A stretch of 64,000 bases of DNA, from assembly GCA_030324005.1 (NCBI GenBank), contig JARDVH010000140.1, positions 31,667,959-31,731,958 on the forward strand. Reading direction: 5' to 3'. The DNA comes from Negaprion brevirostris. Its lineage: Eukaryota. The position numbers and the translations under genes were made by a program. Positions 36,690-48,996 of the stretch are shown one piece after another. Numbering within the stretch: position 1 is the stretch's first letter; each line of letters begins with the position of its first letter. Below the pieces are notes generated by a model. That model saw only the letters and a list, made by a program, of their open reading frames with translations, was not told the DNA's origin and searched no databases.

Positions 36690-38880
36690 TATCCTATCAA
36701 GCAACCTCAGAACCTTATACGTCCCAACAAGATCATCTCAACTTTTCTAAACTCCAATGAAAATGGGCCCAACTTGCTCCTCATAAAACAACTCGTAGTA
36801 ATCAGCAAACATTCACTGAACTGCCTCCAATGCAAGTGTATCCTTCCTTAAATAAAGAGACCAAAACTGTACGTACTATTGTAGGTGTGGTCTCACTAAT
36901 GCCCTGCACAGCTATAACTAGACATCCCAACTTTTTANNNNNNNNNNNNNNNNNNNNNNNNNNNNNNNNNNNNNNNNNNNNNNNNNNNNNNNNNNNNNNN
37001 NNNNNNNNNNNNNNNNNNNNNNNNNNNNNNNNNNNNNNNNNNNNNNNNNNNNNNNNNNNNNNNNNNNNNNNNNNNNNNNNNNNNNNNNNNNNNNNNNNNN
37101 NNNNNNNNNNNNNNNNNNNNNNNNNNNNNNNNNNNNNNNNNNNNNNNNNNNNNNNNNNNNNNNNNNNNNNNNNNNNNNNNNNNNNNNNNNNNNNNNNNNN
37201 NNNNNNNNNNNNNNNNNNNNNNNNNNNNNNNNNNNNNNNNNNNNNNNNNNNNNNNNNNNNNNNNNNNNNNNNNNNNNNNNNNNNNNNNNNNNNNNNNNNN
37301 NNNNNNNNNNNNNNNNNNNNNNNNNNNNNNNNNNNNNNNNNNNNNNNNNNNNNNNNNNNNNNNNNNNNNNNNNNNNNNNNNNNNNNNNNNNNNNNNNNNN
37401 NNNNNNNNNNNNNNNNNNNNNNNNNNNNNNNNNNNNNNNNNNNNNNNNNNNNNNNNNNNNNNNNNNNNNNNNNNNNNNNNNNNNNNNNNNNNNNNNNNNN
37501 NNNNNNNNNNNNNNNNNNNNNNNNNNNNNNNNNNNNNNNNNNNNNNNNNNNNNNNNNNNNNNNNNNNNNNNNNNNNNNNNNNNNNNNNNNNNNNNNNNNN
37601 NNNNNNNACAAAACCATGTTGCCTCTCACTAATACATCCACTTATTTCCAAGTGGGAATAAATCCTGTCTCGAAGAATCCTCTCTAATAATTTCCCTACC
37701 ACTGATGTAAGGTTCACCGGCCTGTAATTACCTGGATTATTCTTGCTACCCTTCTTAAAGAAAGGAACAACATTGACTATTCTCCAGTCCTCTGGGACCT
37801 TCCCTGTAGCCAGTGGGGATACAAAGATTTCTCTCAAGGTCCCAACAATTTCCTTCCTTGCCTTTCAGTATTTTGGGGTATATCCCATCAAGTTCTGGGG
37901 ACTTGTCTACCGTAATGTTTCTCAAGAACCCCAATACCACCTCCTTTTTGATCTCAACGTGGCTCAAACTATCTACACATCCTTTCCCAGACTCATCATC
38001 CACCAAGTCCTTCTCTTTGGTGAACACTGATGCAAAGTACTCATTTAATACCGCGCCCATTTCTTCTGGCTCCATGCATAGATTCCCTCTCTTGTCCTTG
38101 AGTGGGCCAACCCTCTTTACATATGCGTAAAAAGCCTGGGGATTTTCCTTAATCCTATTGGCCAATGCTTTTTTGTGACCCCTTTTAGCTCTTCTTATTC
38201 CTTGCTTAAGTTTCTTTCTACTTTCCTTGTATTCTACACTTGCTTCTGAAACTAGCACCCTACTAGTTTCAGTTTGCCAAGGTGAATTTATTACAACTCT
38301 CTTTTTATACTAAGCCAATCCTCAATAAATGCTAATATGCCACCTCAATGCTATGAACTCTTGTCTCGTGTCGCAATCCTTCATGTGCATTGTACTAAAT
38401 GCTTCTTGGAAATCCAAAATATAGTATATCTACTTGTTCCCCTTTATCTGTCATGCTTGTTGCATCCTCAAATAAATATGTCAATGATTTTCTTAATGTC
38501 CCTCTACTTCTTCCTTAATAATGATTCCAGCATTTTTCAAATGTCAAGCCCAATTGGCCTGCTTTCTGTCTCTCTCCTCTCTTGAAGATTTCCAGCCCAA
38601 GACGGCCTTTTCAGAAGCTAGGGAATTTTGAAAGATTATAACCTTCTATCCACAATCTTACAGCCACTTTTTTTAAGATTCTAGGGTGCAGGCCATCAGG
38701 CCCAGGAGACATATCAGCCATTTGTCTCATTAATTTTCACATTTTTCCTCTACTGATAGTGACTGCTTTAAGTTCCTTTCTCCATTTTTCCCCATAATTT
38801 TCACATATTCTTAGGATGCTTTTGGGGTTTTCTACCATGAAAACCAACACAGAATGCTTGCACAAAGTCTCTTTAATTCC
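36690..38880 (-). mobile_element. CR1 LINE ORF2 fragments (two adjacent copies, partly masked)
   Basis: VPEDWRIVNVVPFFKKGSKNNPGNYRPVNLTSVVGKLLE and LNEYFASVFT..DKSPELDGIYP. Confidence 0.9.
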
Positions 38881-38889
38881 TGCTTTCCA

Positions 38890-39420
38890 TTGAGCGTAAC
38901 AAAATGTTTGGAGTGTGGGGGCAATGGAGATGTGCAGGGAGAAAATTCCAGAACCTAAATCCAAGGCAATTGAAGACATGGTCACCATTAGTGGATTCAG
39001 TAAAATCAGGGATGCTCAAAAGGCCAGAATTGGATGTATGTAGATATATCAGAGGGTAATTGGACTGCAGAAGATTACAGAGATAGGGAGAGGCTATGTT
39101 ACAGCAAGATCTGAAAATAAGGATGAGAATTTTAAAATCAAGGCATTGCTTAATCAGGAACCAGTGTAGGTCAGTAAGGATAGGGGCAATGGGTTTGAAT
39201 TTGAACATGGGCAATAGTGTCTGAAATTCACTGAGTGTAGATCCTGGGAAGCTAATCAGCAGTGTGTTGGGATAGTTAAGTCTTGAGGTAAAAAAGGCAT
39301 TGATGAATGTTTTGATAAGAGTCGGGCAATGTTTAGGAGGTGGCAGTAAGAGATCTTAGTGATGGTGTCAGTTTGTGGTCAGTAGAGTGGCTTCTAGATT
39401 GTGTTTGCCAGTCACTTGGA
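38890..39420 (-). mobile_element. L2 LINE ORF2 C-terminal fragment
   Basis: PIAPILTDLHWFLIKQCLDFKILILIFRS..PYL matches the L2 ITP-LHWL-FKIL signature. Confidence 0.8.
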
Positions 39421-39764
39421 CTGATCGGCCAAGAGAAGGACTTTTAACATTTCATTCAAAATCAGTGGATGAAAATTTTGTCGCAGCATGTAAGTAGAAG
39501 CCAATTGAATCTATTCACATTTGCAGACATGCAGCCAATTATAATTTGATTTTTCAAGTTTCCTTTGTACTTTGATTTGTTTGGGCTGTTCCTCCTCCTT
39601 TTGGGGAGCTGCCCCTTTTACTTTATCCTGCTTCAACTTGAGTTTGTTTATTCGGTTTGACCTGAAAGAGGCCAAAAGTTGTTGGAAAGACTGTAACAGT
39701 CTTAAGTGGATAGACCCAATAGAGGGCAAATCCTAACCTTAATCTACGTCTTTTGTTCAAACAG

Positions 39765-39836
39765 GCTGAGCTGACATTCAGCGCTGGTGACATAATTAAT
39801 GTTTACGGGGACATGGATGAGGATGGTTTCTATTAT
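39765..39836 (+). CDS. TSPOAP1: RIMBP1 exon, SH3-3 middle (AELTFSAGDIINVYGDMDEDGFYY)
   Basis: Acceptor aaacag|GCT and donor TAT|gtgagt. 72 nt, phase 0-0. Confidence 0.94.
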
Positions 39837-39984
39837 GTGAGTATGTGTAAATGTATCTTGCACTTTATTACTGCATTGGAGTGTCAGTTCAGAAAATTCA
39901 GACCCAAACTATTCCTTCATGCTAGCTGTACAATGTGTAGGCCTTCTTTAGGAAGTAACACGCCCTCTGGCTTCCCAACGTCTT

Positions 39985-40380
39985 TGCCATCTACAAACTG
40001 CATGTCAAAGGCATGATGGAATATTTATCACTTACTTGGATGTGTGCAGTTCCAATAACACTCGAAGTTCAACACCATTCAGGCCAAAACCAGTCTTGAC
40101 TGGCACCCCATCCACCTCCTTAAACATTCCACTCCCTTTACTGTAGGCTCACCGTGGCCATACTGTGTACAATTCACAAGATGCACAGCAACAACTCACC
40201 AAGACTGCCAAACCCGTGACCTCTACCACCTAGAAGGACAAAAGCAGTAGGTGCATGAGAACAGCCTCACCTTGAAATTCCCCCACACGTCACACATTTT
40301 TCTGACTTGGAAATATATTAATTGTTCCATTCAGCCCCAACAGCACTTCAGGTGTACAAACATAGACTGCAGCAGTTTCC
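39985..40380 (+). mobile_element. 3' fragment of the second CR1/L2-group LINE
   Basis: ggcaccccatccacc..caagatgcacagcaacaactcaccaag..ccacctagaaggaca matches the 31-kb and 51-kb copies. Confidence 0.75.
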
Positions 40381-40399
40381 AGAAATGAACAGCAGTATA

Positions 40400-41060
40400 A
40401 TTGTACTTCTTTCAATTTAACACATTGTTTTCACTGCTTACATGTGGTCCTCTCTACACTTAGGACACCAAATACAGATCAGGTGAGCTGCATTCAATCT
40501 GCAAACATGACCCTGAAATTTCTGTTTGCTATTTTAGTACTCCACCTTGTTGACACTCTGACCTTTCTNNNNNNNNNNNNNNNNNNNNNNNNNNNNNNNN
40601 NNNNNNNNNNNNNNNNNNNNNNNNNNNNNNNNNNNNNNNNNNNNNNNNNNNNNNNNNNNNNNNNNNNNCTTTCTAATATTGGCTTGCTGCAGTGTTCCAA
40701 TGAAATTCAAACCAAGCTTATGGAATAACACCCCATCCTTCAGCTCTGCAGTTTATGTTTTTCTGGACTAAACACTGAGTTCAACAAATTGATATCATAA
40801 TCTCTGCCTCATTTTTGCTAGTTCAGTTTTTTTTTCCCCTTATTTCTTTCTTTATTTCCTTCACTTTGCATTCAGACACCTGATAGGTGTCATTCACACT
40901 GCACCTGGACACATTTTTTATTTTATTTCTTCACCTTACCTGTTCCCACTTTCCTTGGCTTTTGTACCAGGAAATCTTTTGTCATTTAATCTCTCCTGCC
41001 CTCCACCCTGACGCAGACGTTCCCTTTGTTCCTTCTCTTCACTTTTGCGTGCTTTTTTAA
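40400..41060 (+). mobile_element. Penelope-like element: GIY-YIG endonuclease C-terminal remnant and 3' UTR
   Basis: CGPLYT*DTKYRSG...QCSNEIQTKLME*HPILQLCSL..SGLNTEFN resembles C.LYIGET.R...E...I..L.TL.P.GLN. Confidence 0.65.
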
Positions 41061-41282
41061 AAAAAATTTCATTCATGGGATGTGGGCATCACTGGCTAGC
41101 CAGCCTTTATTATAGTATTTTGGACAGCAATTACAGTATCATTGAAATAAAAACAGGAAATGCTCAAAAAATGCAGCAGGCCTGGCAGCACACGTGGGGA
41201 TAAATAAATTTAACATTGAGTTAAATTAACAAACAGGAAGTAGTGATAAGGGGGGCTTTCTCAGGTTGGAGGTCAGTAACCC

Positions 41283-42740
41283 AAAAATGTCTGGGTATGT
41301 GGATTGGCCATGCTAAATTGCCCCTTAGTGTCAGGAGGAACTAGCTAGGGTAAATGAACGTAAGAACATAAGAAATAGGAGCAGGAGTAGGCCATCTAGC
41401 CCTTCGANNNNNNNNNNNNNNNNNNNNNNNNNNNNNNNNNNNNNNNNNNNNNNNNNNNNNNNNNNNNNNNNNNNNNNNNNNNNNNNNNNNNNNNNNNNNN
41501 NNNNNNNNNNNNNNNNNNNNNNNNNNNNNNNNNNNNNNNNNNNNNNNNNNNNNNNNNNNNNNNNNNNNNNNNNNNNNNNNNNNNNNNNNNNNNNNNNNNN
41601 NNNNNNNNNNNNNNNNNNNNNNNNNNNNNNNNNNNNNNNNNNNNNNNNNNNNNNNNNNNNNNNNNNNNNNNNNNNNNNNNNNNNNNNNNNNNNNNNNNNN
41701 NNNNNNNNNNNNNNNNNNNNNNNNNNNNNNNNNNNNNNNNNNNNNNNNNNNNNNNNNNNNNNNNNNNNNNNNNNNNNNNNNNNNNNNNNNNNNNNNNNNN
41801 NNNNNNNNNNNNNNNNNNNNNNNNNNNNNNNNNNNNNNNNNNNNNNNNNNNNNNNNNNNNNNNNNNNNNNNNNNNNNNNNNNNNNNNNNNNNNNNNNNNN
41901 NNNNNNNNNNNNNNNNNNNNNNNNNNNNNNNNNNNNNNNNNNNNNNNNNNNNNNNNNNNNNNNNNNNNNNNNNNNNNNNNNNNNNNNNNNNNNNNNNNNN
42001 NNNNNNNNNNNNNNNNNNNNNNNNNNNNNNNNNNNNNNNNNNNNNNNNNNNNNNNNNNNNNNNNNNNNCTAGATCTCTTTGTTCTGTAACTTTCCCCAAC
42101 ATCCTACTGAGTAAGTGCTGCCCTGGTTCAGTCTACCAAAATAATCACCTCGCATTTGTCTAAATTAAACTCTATCTGCCATTCGTCAGCCCACTGGCTG
42201 ATAAGTTTCTCAAACCCATTCTCTGCCTTTTCCCTGTAACCTTTGATCCCCTTACCAGTCAAGAACCATCTATCTCTGTCTTAAATACATTCAATGACCT
42301 GCCTCCACAGTTTTCTGTGGCAATGAATTATGTGGATTCACGACCTTCTGGCTGAAGAAATTCCTCCTCATCTTGGTTCTAAAGGGTTATCCCTTTACTA
42401 TGAGGCTGTGCCCTCAGATCCTAGTCTCTCGCCGCTAATGGAAACATCTTCCCAATGTTCACTTTATCCAGGTCTTTCAGTATTCTGTAAGTTTCAATCA
42501 GATCCCCCCCTTATCCTTCTAAACTGCATTAAGCACAGACCTAAGTCCTCAAACACTCCGCATATATTAAGCTTTTCATTCCCATGGTCAGTCATGAACC
42601 TCCTCTGAACCCCGTCCAGAGCCAGCACATCTTTCCTTACATACAGCGGCCCACAGTTGCTCACAATACTCCAAATGTGGTCTGACCAGAGTCTTATAAA
42701 GCCTCAGCAGTACATGTCTACTTTTGGAATCTAGTCCGCT
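41283..42740 (-). mobile_element. CR1 LINE 3' end and RT fragments, next to a partial + strand V-SINE (41283-41360)
   Basis: taagaacataagaaataggagcaggagtaggccat is a reverse CR1 tail. Reverse YKTLVRPHLEYC motif lies at ~42660-42700. Confidence 0.8.
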
Positions 42741-42884
42741 CAATCCGACATTGAAGGAAGAGAGCTAAAAGCAGCTGTTTCCAAAAATCAGGACCACAAA
42801 AATGTGACACAGCAAATGAGAGCAAACAACAAAAATGTAAATAAATCTGGGTTTGCCGAGACTTGAGGGCAGTTTAGACATAAT

Positions 42885-43004
42885 GGCCAGAACTTTACCA
42901 CCTCGCCCGCCATTGGTGCAGGCAAGGGTCCGACAGTGAAAATCTCCGTTGATCTCAGGTGGGAATTTCCAGTTTTGCCCGAGTGTGGCTGTAAAATCCT
43001 GCCC
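42885..43004. mobile_element. Short MITE
   Basis: TIRs ggccagaactttac and gtaaaatcctgccc. Flanked by aat on both sides. Confidence 0.72.
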
Positions 43005-43143
43005 AATTGGTTTTTTTAGATTGGTTGCTTTCATCCCAAAGTATCCTCCCACGCAAATATTGAAATCTTGTCTCCGTTCAGTTACCTAGTTCACACAGTA
43101 GGCTGAGCCATATGTAACAGGATACTGTGTTTTGCCATGTTAG

Positions 43144-43278
43144 GGTGACCTAAATGGACTACATGGGCTTGCACCATCCAACTTCCTGGAGCAGATTACT
43201 GTGGAGGAGACAGTGGAGGGAGCTGCTGGGAATACCATGTCAAGACCTCCTCCAACTGCAGCACACAAAGAAAAACCG
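43144..43278 (+). CDS. TSPOAP1: RIMBP1 exon, SH3-3 end (GDLNGLHGLAPSNFLEQI...KEKP)
   Basis: Acceptor atgttag|GGT and donor CCG|gtaaga. 135 nt, phase 0-0. Confidence 0.92.
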
Positions 43279-44372
43279 GTAAGACCAGAAGATGCTGTGT
43301 TGTGTAAAATACAAACTGTGTCCTCCTATAGTGAAATGCTGGACTGCCCGAATAACATTTCTACTGGGCCCCGTACATAGGAAGTTGAGACCAAGGTATT
43401 TTACGGATGAAGGAGGGTTAGAGGTGCAGAGGTACTTCAACCAATGTAAAGGAGGAGACAGAGAGGAGAAAGGAATTGAGAAGAGGCAGTGAAGGCAGAA
43501 CAGAACACAAGGAAAGTGGGACTTGAGGTGGGGTGAAGAGATGGGATAGATGGGTCGCAGAGAGAACAGAGGGAGTGAGAGGATCAGGTACACTGGAGAG
43601 GAGGGGATGGAGAATGGAAAGGAGTAACAAGGTCATTGGGGTGGTGAATGGATTTTCATTTGGCTCAACTGAATCAGTGAGGCTTTGTACTTCCAAAAAA
43701 AGACTTGGTGAACTCATCTGTAGTTTGATATCTATCTGCAAGCTTTGACTACCTTTTAAGTAGGTGTATAAGCTAACCTTTCCATCTTTCCTAAGTCAAA
43801 CATTTGGATGTTTATTTAAGATGCACAACACTTCCTGATATTTACTACAGATTTTGAGCTTTTAAATGCTGACCTCTTCTTTGAAAACCATTGTTTTCCC
43901 TTTGTGCAATTGTAAAGGTGAGTTTCTTACTTTATGCATTAGGTTGCTTATTATGTTAAATCGCATAGCGTTATTTCAATATTATCATCCACAAGGGCAG
44001 CACCTTTGGAAAGGAACGGTCATGCTCCATTTTTATGAGATAATAGATAAATACTGCATATTTTGTTTTCTCTCAATCCTTTTCAGTTGTCATTTAAGCT
44101 TTTTTATTGGAAAACAATCAATTATAGGTCTTGGTTCAAGAATTCTACATCCTTTATCCAAATGTTCAAAGTCTGAAAGTATTCAATTCATTGTGGCAGA
44201 TAATGAACTGGCTGAGTTGTGTTGCCAGCAACTAATGACCCTTGCTGAGTGGTACTGATCAGAGCAGTTTGGTCTTATTAAAGCCTTTTTGTTCATTTAC
44301 TCGCTTGTATTAGTTGTTTCACTTTCTTTTATTATAATATTTCTGTTTCTCTACCTTTTTCCATGGCAACAG

Positions 44373-44417
44373 AGGAAGACTGTTCATTTCAAGCGGTAAT
44401 TAGCACCCAGGAGGCTT
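44373..44417 (+). CDS. TSPOAP1: Candidate alternative stop-containing exon (RKTVHFKR*; stop at 44397-44399)
   Basis: Pyrimidine-rich acceptor ccatggcaacag|AGG and donor CTT|gtaagt. In phase with the upstream exon. Resembles the RIMBP2 short C-terminus KKSVHF. Confidence 0.7.
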
Positions 44418-45699
44418 GTAAGTTTATGTTACTGAAGATACTGCTGCAGCTTTCAGACACTGTCATATGCATTGCAGCATGCACACCAGAAGGAGCTGCA
44501 TTTCTGCAGTAAGCACAGCACCAGTCCAAGGAACAGAGTTACAGGAACCATCCCAATCTGGGGAAACATTTCTAAATAGTACAATGTTCTTTGCAACCTC
44601 AATCAAAGTCTAACAACCCCCAATGCTCCTTTCTGGTCTACCAGCATGTTCCTAAATGNNNNNNNNNNNNNNNNNNNNNNNNNNNNNNNNNNNNNNNNNN
44701 NNNNNNNNNNNNNNNNNNNNNNNNNNNNNNNNNNNNNNNNNNNNNNNNNNNNNNNNNNNNNNNNNNNNNNNNNNNNNNNNNNNNNNNNNNNNNNNNNNNN
44801 NNNNNNNNNNNNNNNNNNNNNNNNNNNNNNNNNNGGGCTAAATCGCAGATAAGCCAGAAGATAATTCTTCCTCATAGGGTGAGAGGGTATACCATACATG
44901 GCCTTTCCCAAAACTGTTGCCCATTGCTATCATCAACAGATCAAGAGAGGCACAGATCAAAATATGTGACTATGTTGGGCAATTGTCTTCTTGGCAATGG
45001 TATAGTGCCAGGATAAACCTGAAAAGGGGCCTAATTAGAAGATAGGGATGCAGTTAGGTCCACCCGTAGTGAAAAATAGTTAAATATCTGGCTGCAGATA
45101 CTGTTGATGTGGTTAAATCCTGGAAATGTGTGCAGATTTCCAGATGTGCTCAGATTAACAAGTTTCCAGAAATATACTTAAGTTCCTGAGGTAGCTAAGA
45201 TGTAGTAGGATAGCTCTAGTCTGGAGTAGTGCAGCTCCAGTTTCCCCTTCCAGCAACTTCCTATTATGAATTTCCCCACTGCGGTACATAAGCTGGAGAT
45301 TTACCTGTTGGGAGACGGCACTGCTCAGCCTATATGTGAGCTGCCAGATGTCTGTGGCTCTCAAAGCAGATTGTGAACAGGTATGAGTATAAGGTATGCC
45401 AAGCTCAGACCATTCGTCAAATAAAAAGCAGCTGCAAAATCCTGGAGCATGGCCTAAAAGTTGGGGATTCTCCTTGTGATTCATAAAAAAAGAATTAAAA
45501 ATGTAACCAAATCACTTGTATCAGATTAGGCAAGTTTGCCTGTATTATGCTCTTTTGGCTCTGTCCTTTGTACTGGCTGCAAAGTAGAACTTCATGTGTG
45601 CACTCCACCTGCAGTAATGCTAGATAACAGTAATAGACTATTAGATGTGCTTGGCTGTATCACTCACACTCAGGTTAGCTCGAATAGGGCGTGTCACGC

Positions 45700-45862
45700 T
45701 TAGTACAAAATACTACGGATGCAGAAATCTGAAATAAAAACAGAAAATGCTGGAAATAGTCAATGCCAACAAAAGATCATCAACCCCAAACTGTAATTCA
45801 GTTCCCCTCTCACAGATGTTGCCTGGTATGCTGTGTCATTTTTAGTATTTTCTGTTTTTACT
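45700..45862. mobile_element. Penelope-like inverted terminal fragment, heavily decayed
   Basis: Inverted arms aaaaacagaaaatgctgga and ttagtattttctgttttt. Same family as 22604-22830. Confidence 0.55.
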
Positions 45863-47476
45863 TCTCACACTCAAATTGAATTCTAGTTAGGTTTTTCACC
45901 CCAAATAGCTGGCTCCCTTCTGGATTGTCATTCATCCTGGCGTTGCCTCCAATATTTTACTGACTAGAAAGACAGATTTGCATTACCCATCAGTTCAAAT
46001 GATCGCAAAAGAAAACAGTTGAAGTTAATTGAAATTTGATGGTTGATGGCTCCATCTTCCCAATGTAAAGGAATTTGACAGGTAAGGGAGTAGTCCAGTC
46101 GCATGCAATCAGCCTTCAAACCTGGTTTACTATTATTTTCCTTCTCTACTGGTGCCTCACCTGGAGAACAAGAAGGGAGGATGTTGGGTGATGCTGAGAT
46201 GATTATGCTGAGGCAGTAGCTGGAATGTGAGGTACAGAAGATCTGACAGCAGAAGTATCTTCAGTAGTATAAGTTGTTGACAGTGTTATGTGGCTCCTGT
46301 TGGTTAGATAGGATGGTGATTTATCCTGGGTCATGGCTAACAACAGCTTCTTGCTTGCTTTGCATGGATGTTTTGTGACTGGCTAACACTGTTCAGTCCA
46401 TTGCTTTTTATAAGCACTGATAAATACATCGGCTCACTGTTATCAAGACCCATGAGAAAAACACTGAGTTTGTGGTTCAGCATTGCACATGTTGGTTATC
46501 TGTAAAATCAGGCAAAATGATAAAGGTTTTTTTCAGAACAACAATATCGTCACAGAATGTATGGTGATGCCCAATGTCTTGATATAGAGAATGGGAATTG
46601 TTGGACAAAAAAGACCAAGGTTCATTTAGCTCACCTCTGTAACCCTGTTTGTCACGTGATGCAGCAGTAATGGTGTTATTCACTGTTCCAACAATCAATC
46701 TCGTATCATCTGAGATGCCAGTCAGTTGATTGGCAGTGTCTATCTGAGGCAACTGGAACTTCTGATCAGCTCTTCATAGGGCAACCTGGTCCCACTGGAT
46801 TTGTGGCAATATGTGGTACAGAGTGGCCTTGACAAAAGGTAAAGTACTGAGAAGGTGAGACTGACGAGTAAATGTGCAGCTCCGTTATATTCAGATTAAT
46901 GGTAAAATTATGAGCTCCATGTATTCATGCCTTCAGTGGCAGCTTTTAAATCATGTTAATCTCAATTACTTAATGTTAGCAAATCTTTTTCTGTTTGGTC
47001 ACATGTATGCATCTCAGTTACATAAATTGCACTAGCAGTCGGCATGATGCAAAACAGTCCTCACTGCACAGAGGCAGAGAGTGACCAACAGAGTGAGTCA
47101 GACTCAGAGCAAGACCAACACGGAAGAGAGACAGTGTCCTGTTGAGAGTTGACATACTCCCATTCCGTAATCATTGATGTGAATATCTCTCTTAAATTAG
47201 TTAATTAAAGTCAAAACAATTAATATTAAAAAGTAAATATTGTTAAATTAAAATCTTCAGAGAGTCAAATAAAATTAATATTAAATTGTGTTTTTGGTTC
47301 CTCTTGTCAACACCTGGCCAATTTTATATTTTAAAAATCAGAATGCAGGAAGGCATGTGAATCGGCTGCAGTGAAGCCCACAATGCATATATACATACAT
47401 ACCTACATGCATACATTTGTGTGAGCTTTGCCTTTGCTCTGCACTGTAAAGCATCAGCGCTACAAGGCAACACAAC

Positions 47477-47788
47477 TAGAATCATACAATCCCGAGAGTG
47501 TAGAAGGAGGCCATTGGGCCCATCGAGCCTGCACCGTCAACAATTCCACCCAGGCCCTATCCGTGTCACCCTGTCTGCTAATCCCCCATCTTCCATAAAT
47601 CCATAATCTGACAGTAATGATCAATTTAGCCTGGCCAATCAACCTAAGCCACACAGCTTTGGAGTGTGGGAGGAAACCCATGTAGACATGGGGAGAATGT
47701 GCAACTTCCTCACAGTGAACAGAGGCCGGAATTGAACCTGGGTCCCTGGTGCTGTGAAGCAGCAGTTCTAACCACTGTACGTGCCGTC
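47477..47788 (-). mobile_element. V-SINE (HE1-like)
   Basis: Reverse tail, V domain and head. Confidence 0.85.
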
Positions 47789-48129
47789 CAATTAAGGTCT
47801 GAGGCCTCAGAATGAGAAATAAATTGATCTTTCTGGAAGCATAAATGATCGGCAAAGGGAGGACTGAAGCTATAACGTGTGTGTGTGTGTGTGTGGAAGA
47901 TGTGAATGAACATCAGAAGCACAATTACTGTTTGCTGGCACAAATGGTTCAGGAGAACCGCAGGGAATTGACAGGCTATCAGTTCTGCCCTATGACCTTG
48001 AACCAAACCTAGGAATGAAAGGCCAGTGCTAATTGGCCATAGTGGAGGAGATTGTGGCAGGTGAGTGAGGGATACAGGATTATTACAAGACCAAAGACAA
48101 TCTTGATGACGGATGGTGTCAAATTACTT

Positions 48130-48330
48130 CACGGCTCAGGTCAATATTAAAAGCACCACAGCACCATTCAAAGAAGAACGGAATTCTAATATTCCATCCA
48201 ATATTTCTTTAATTGCTATCATTACATGAAGAACTGCTGGTCATTCATCTCATTGCTGGACATGGGGTATGGCTGTGTATAAAAGATCAGATAACTCTGG
48301 TACATTTAGGAGAAGGGTATAAATTGCTGT
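48130..48330 (+). mobile_element. DeuSINE Deu-domain fragment
   Basis: cagcaccattcaaagaagaa..ccaatatt..ctggtcattcatctcattgctg resembles the Deu core. Confidence 0.5.
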
Positions 48331-48606
48331 ATCAATAAACAGGTCTATTAGTCTTTGAACAGAGATTGAGATTCTTTTCGAAGAGGGATAATGGATGACA
48401 TGAGGGTGATTGTGATGAGGTTCACCAAATAGCAGCGTAACTAATTCTTGGCATCAGGGCACAATTAGCAGAGTTTAGCGGCGATACAGTTTGTCTTCTG
48501 TTTGTAGTGTGTGTGTTGATGTGGCAGTGAATGTGTAATGTGGCATGTGTTTCTTACTTTCTCCTGTATTATGTCAATAACTTTTGTTCTGATTTTCTTC
48601 CATCAG

Positions 48607-48792
48607 CTGAGCTCAGATGAAGCAGATGTTTTGAGTCCTGTTTTGCCAGCAACTGATTATCCTGCTGCCACTGGACCAAGTTTGGACAATCAGGGATGCA
48701 GTGAAAACATCCCCAGTAACAAGAAGAAAAAGGGGTTTTTTTCCAAAGGAAAGAAGCTGTTCAAAAGACTGGGATCCAGTAAAAGAGAATAA
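48607..48792 (+). CDS. TSPOAP1: RIMBP1 terminal coding exon (LSSDEAD...KKKKGFFSKGKKLFKRLGSSKRE*)
   Basis: Acceptor ttcttccatcag|CTG, phase 0, TAA at 48790-48792. The polybasic amphipathic tail resembles long RIMBP isoform ends. Confidence 0.88.
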   Translation: MSSDEADVLSPVLPATDYPAATGPSLDNQGCSENIPSNKKKKGFFSKGKKLFKRLGSSKRE

Positions 48793-48996
48793 CTTGGACC
48801 TGGGATCTAGTAGCAACAAGTAACTCCAGCCTAGAATCCAATACAGAGAGTAACTCCCACCTGGAATCCAATATGGAGAGTAACTCTCACCCAGGATCCA
48901 GCAATGGAGTAACTCCCATCTGGAATCCAGAAACAGAGAGCAACTCCCATTCAACTAGGAGTAATGGAGTGCATCATCCACCTTGAATCCAGTAAG
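48769..48996 (+). repeat. ~30-bp tandem repeat (6-7 units) overlapping the stop codon
   Basis: Unit ctggaatccaNNaNNgagagTAActcccac. TAA occurs at 48790, 48821, 48851, 48881 and 48910, and CAA at 48941. Confidence 0.9.

Noticed and set aside
36802-37837. Long ORFs of 220-300 aa in the ORF track (also 41341-42102 and 51755-52595)
   Set aside because: Their length comes from N runs, and the flanks are LINE fragments.
1619-48792. Assignment as RIMBP2 or RIMBP3
   Set aside because: The FN3-3 sequence, ILELPLQ/KKLFSIPE and PPPKPRRSKK fit RIMBP1/TSPOAP1 better as recalled, and RIMBP3 is an intronless mammalian gene. Phylogeny and synteny are still needed to confirm.
48790-48830. Stop-codon readthrough into the repeat array
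   Set aside because: The stop is TAA-CTT, not the leaky TGA-CTAG context, and an in-frame TAG follows within a few codons.
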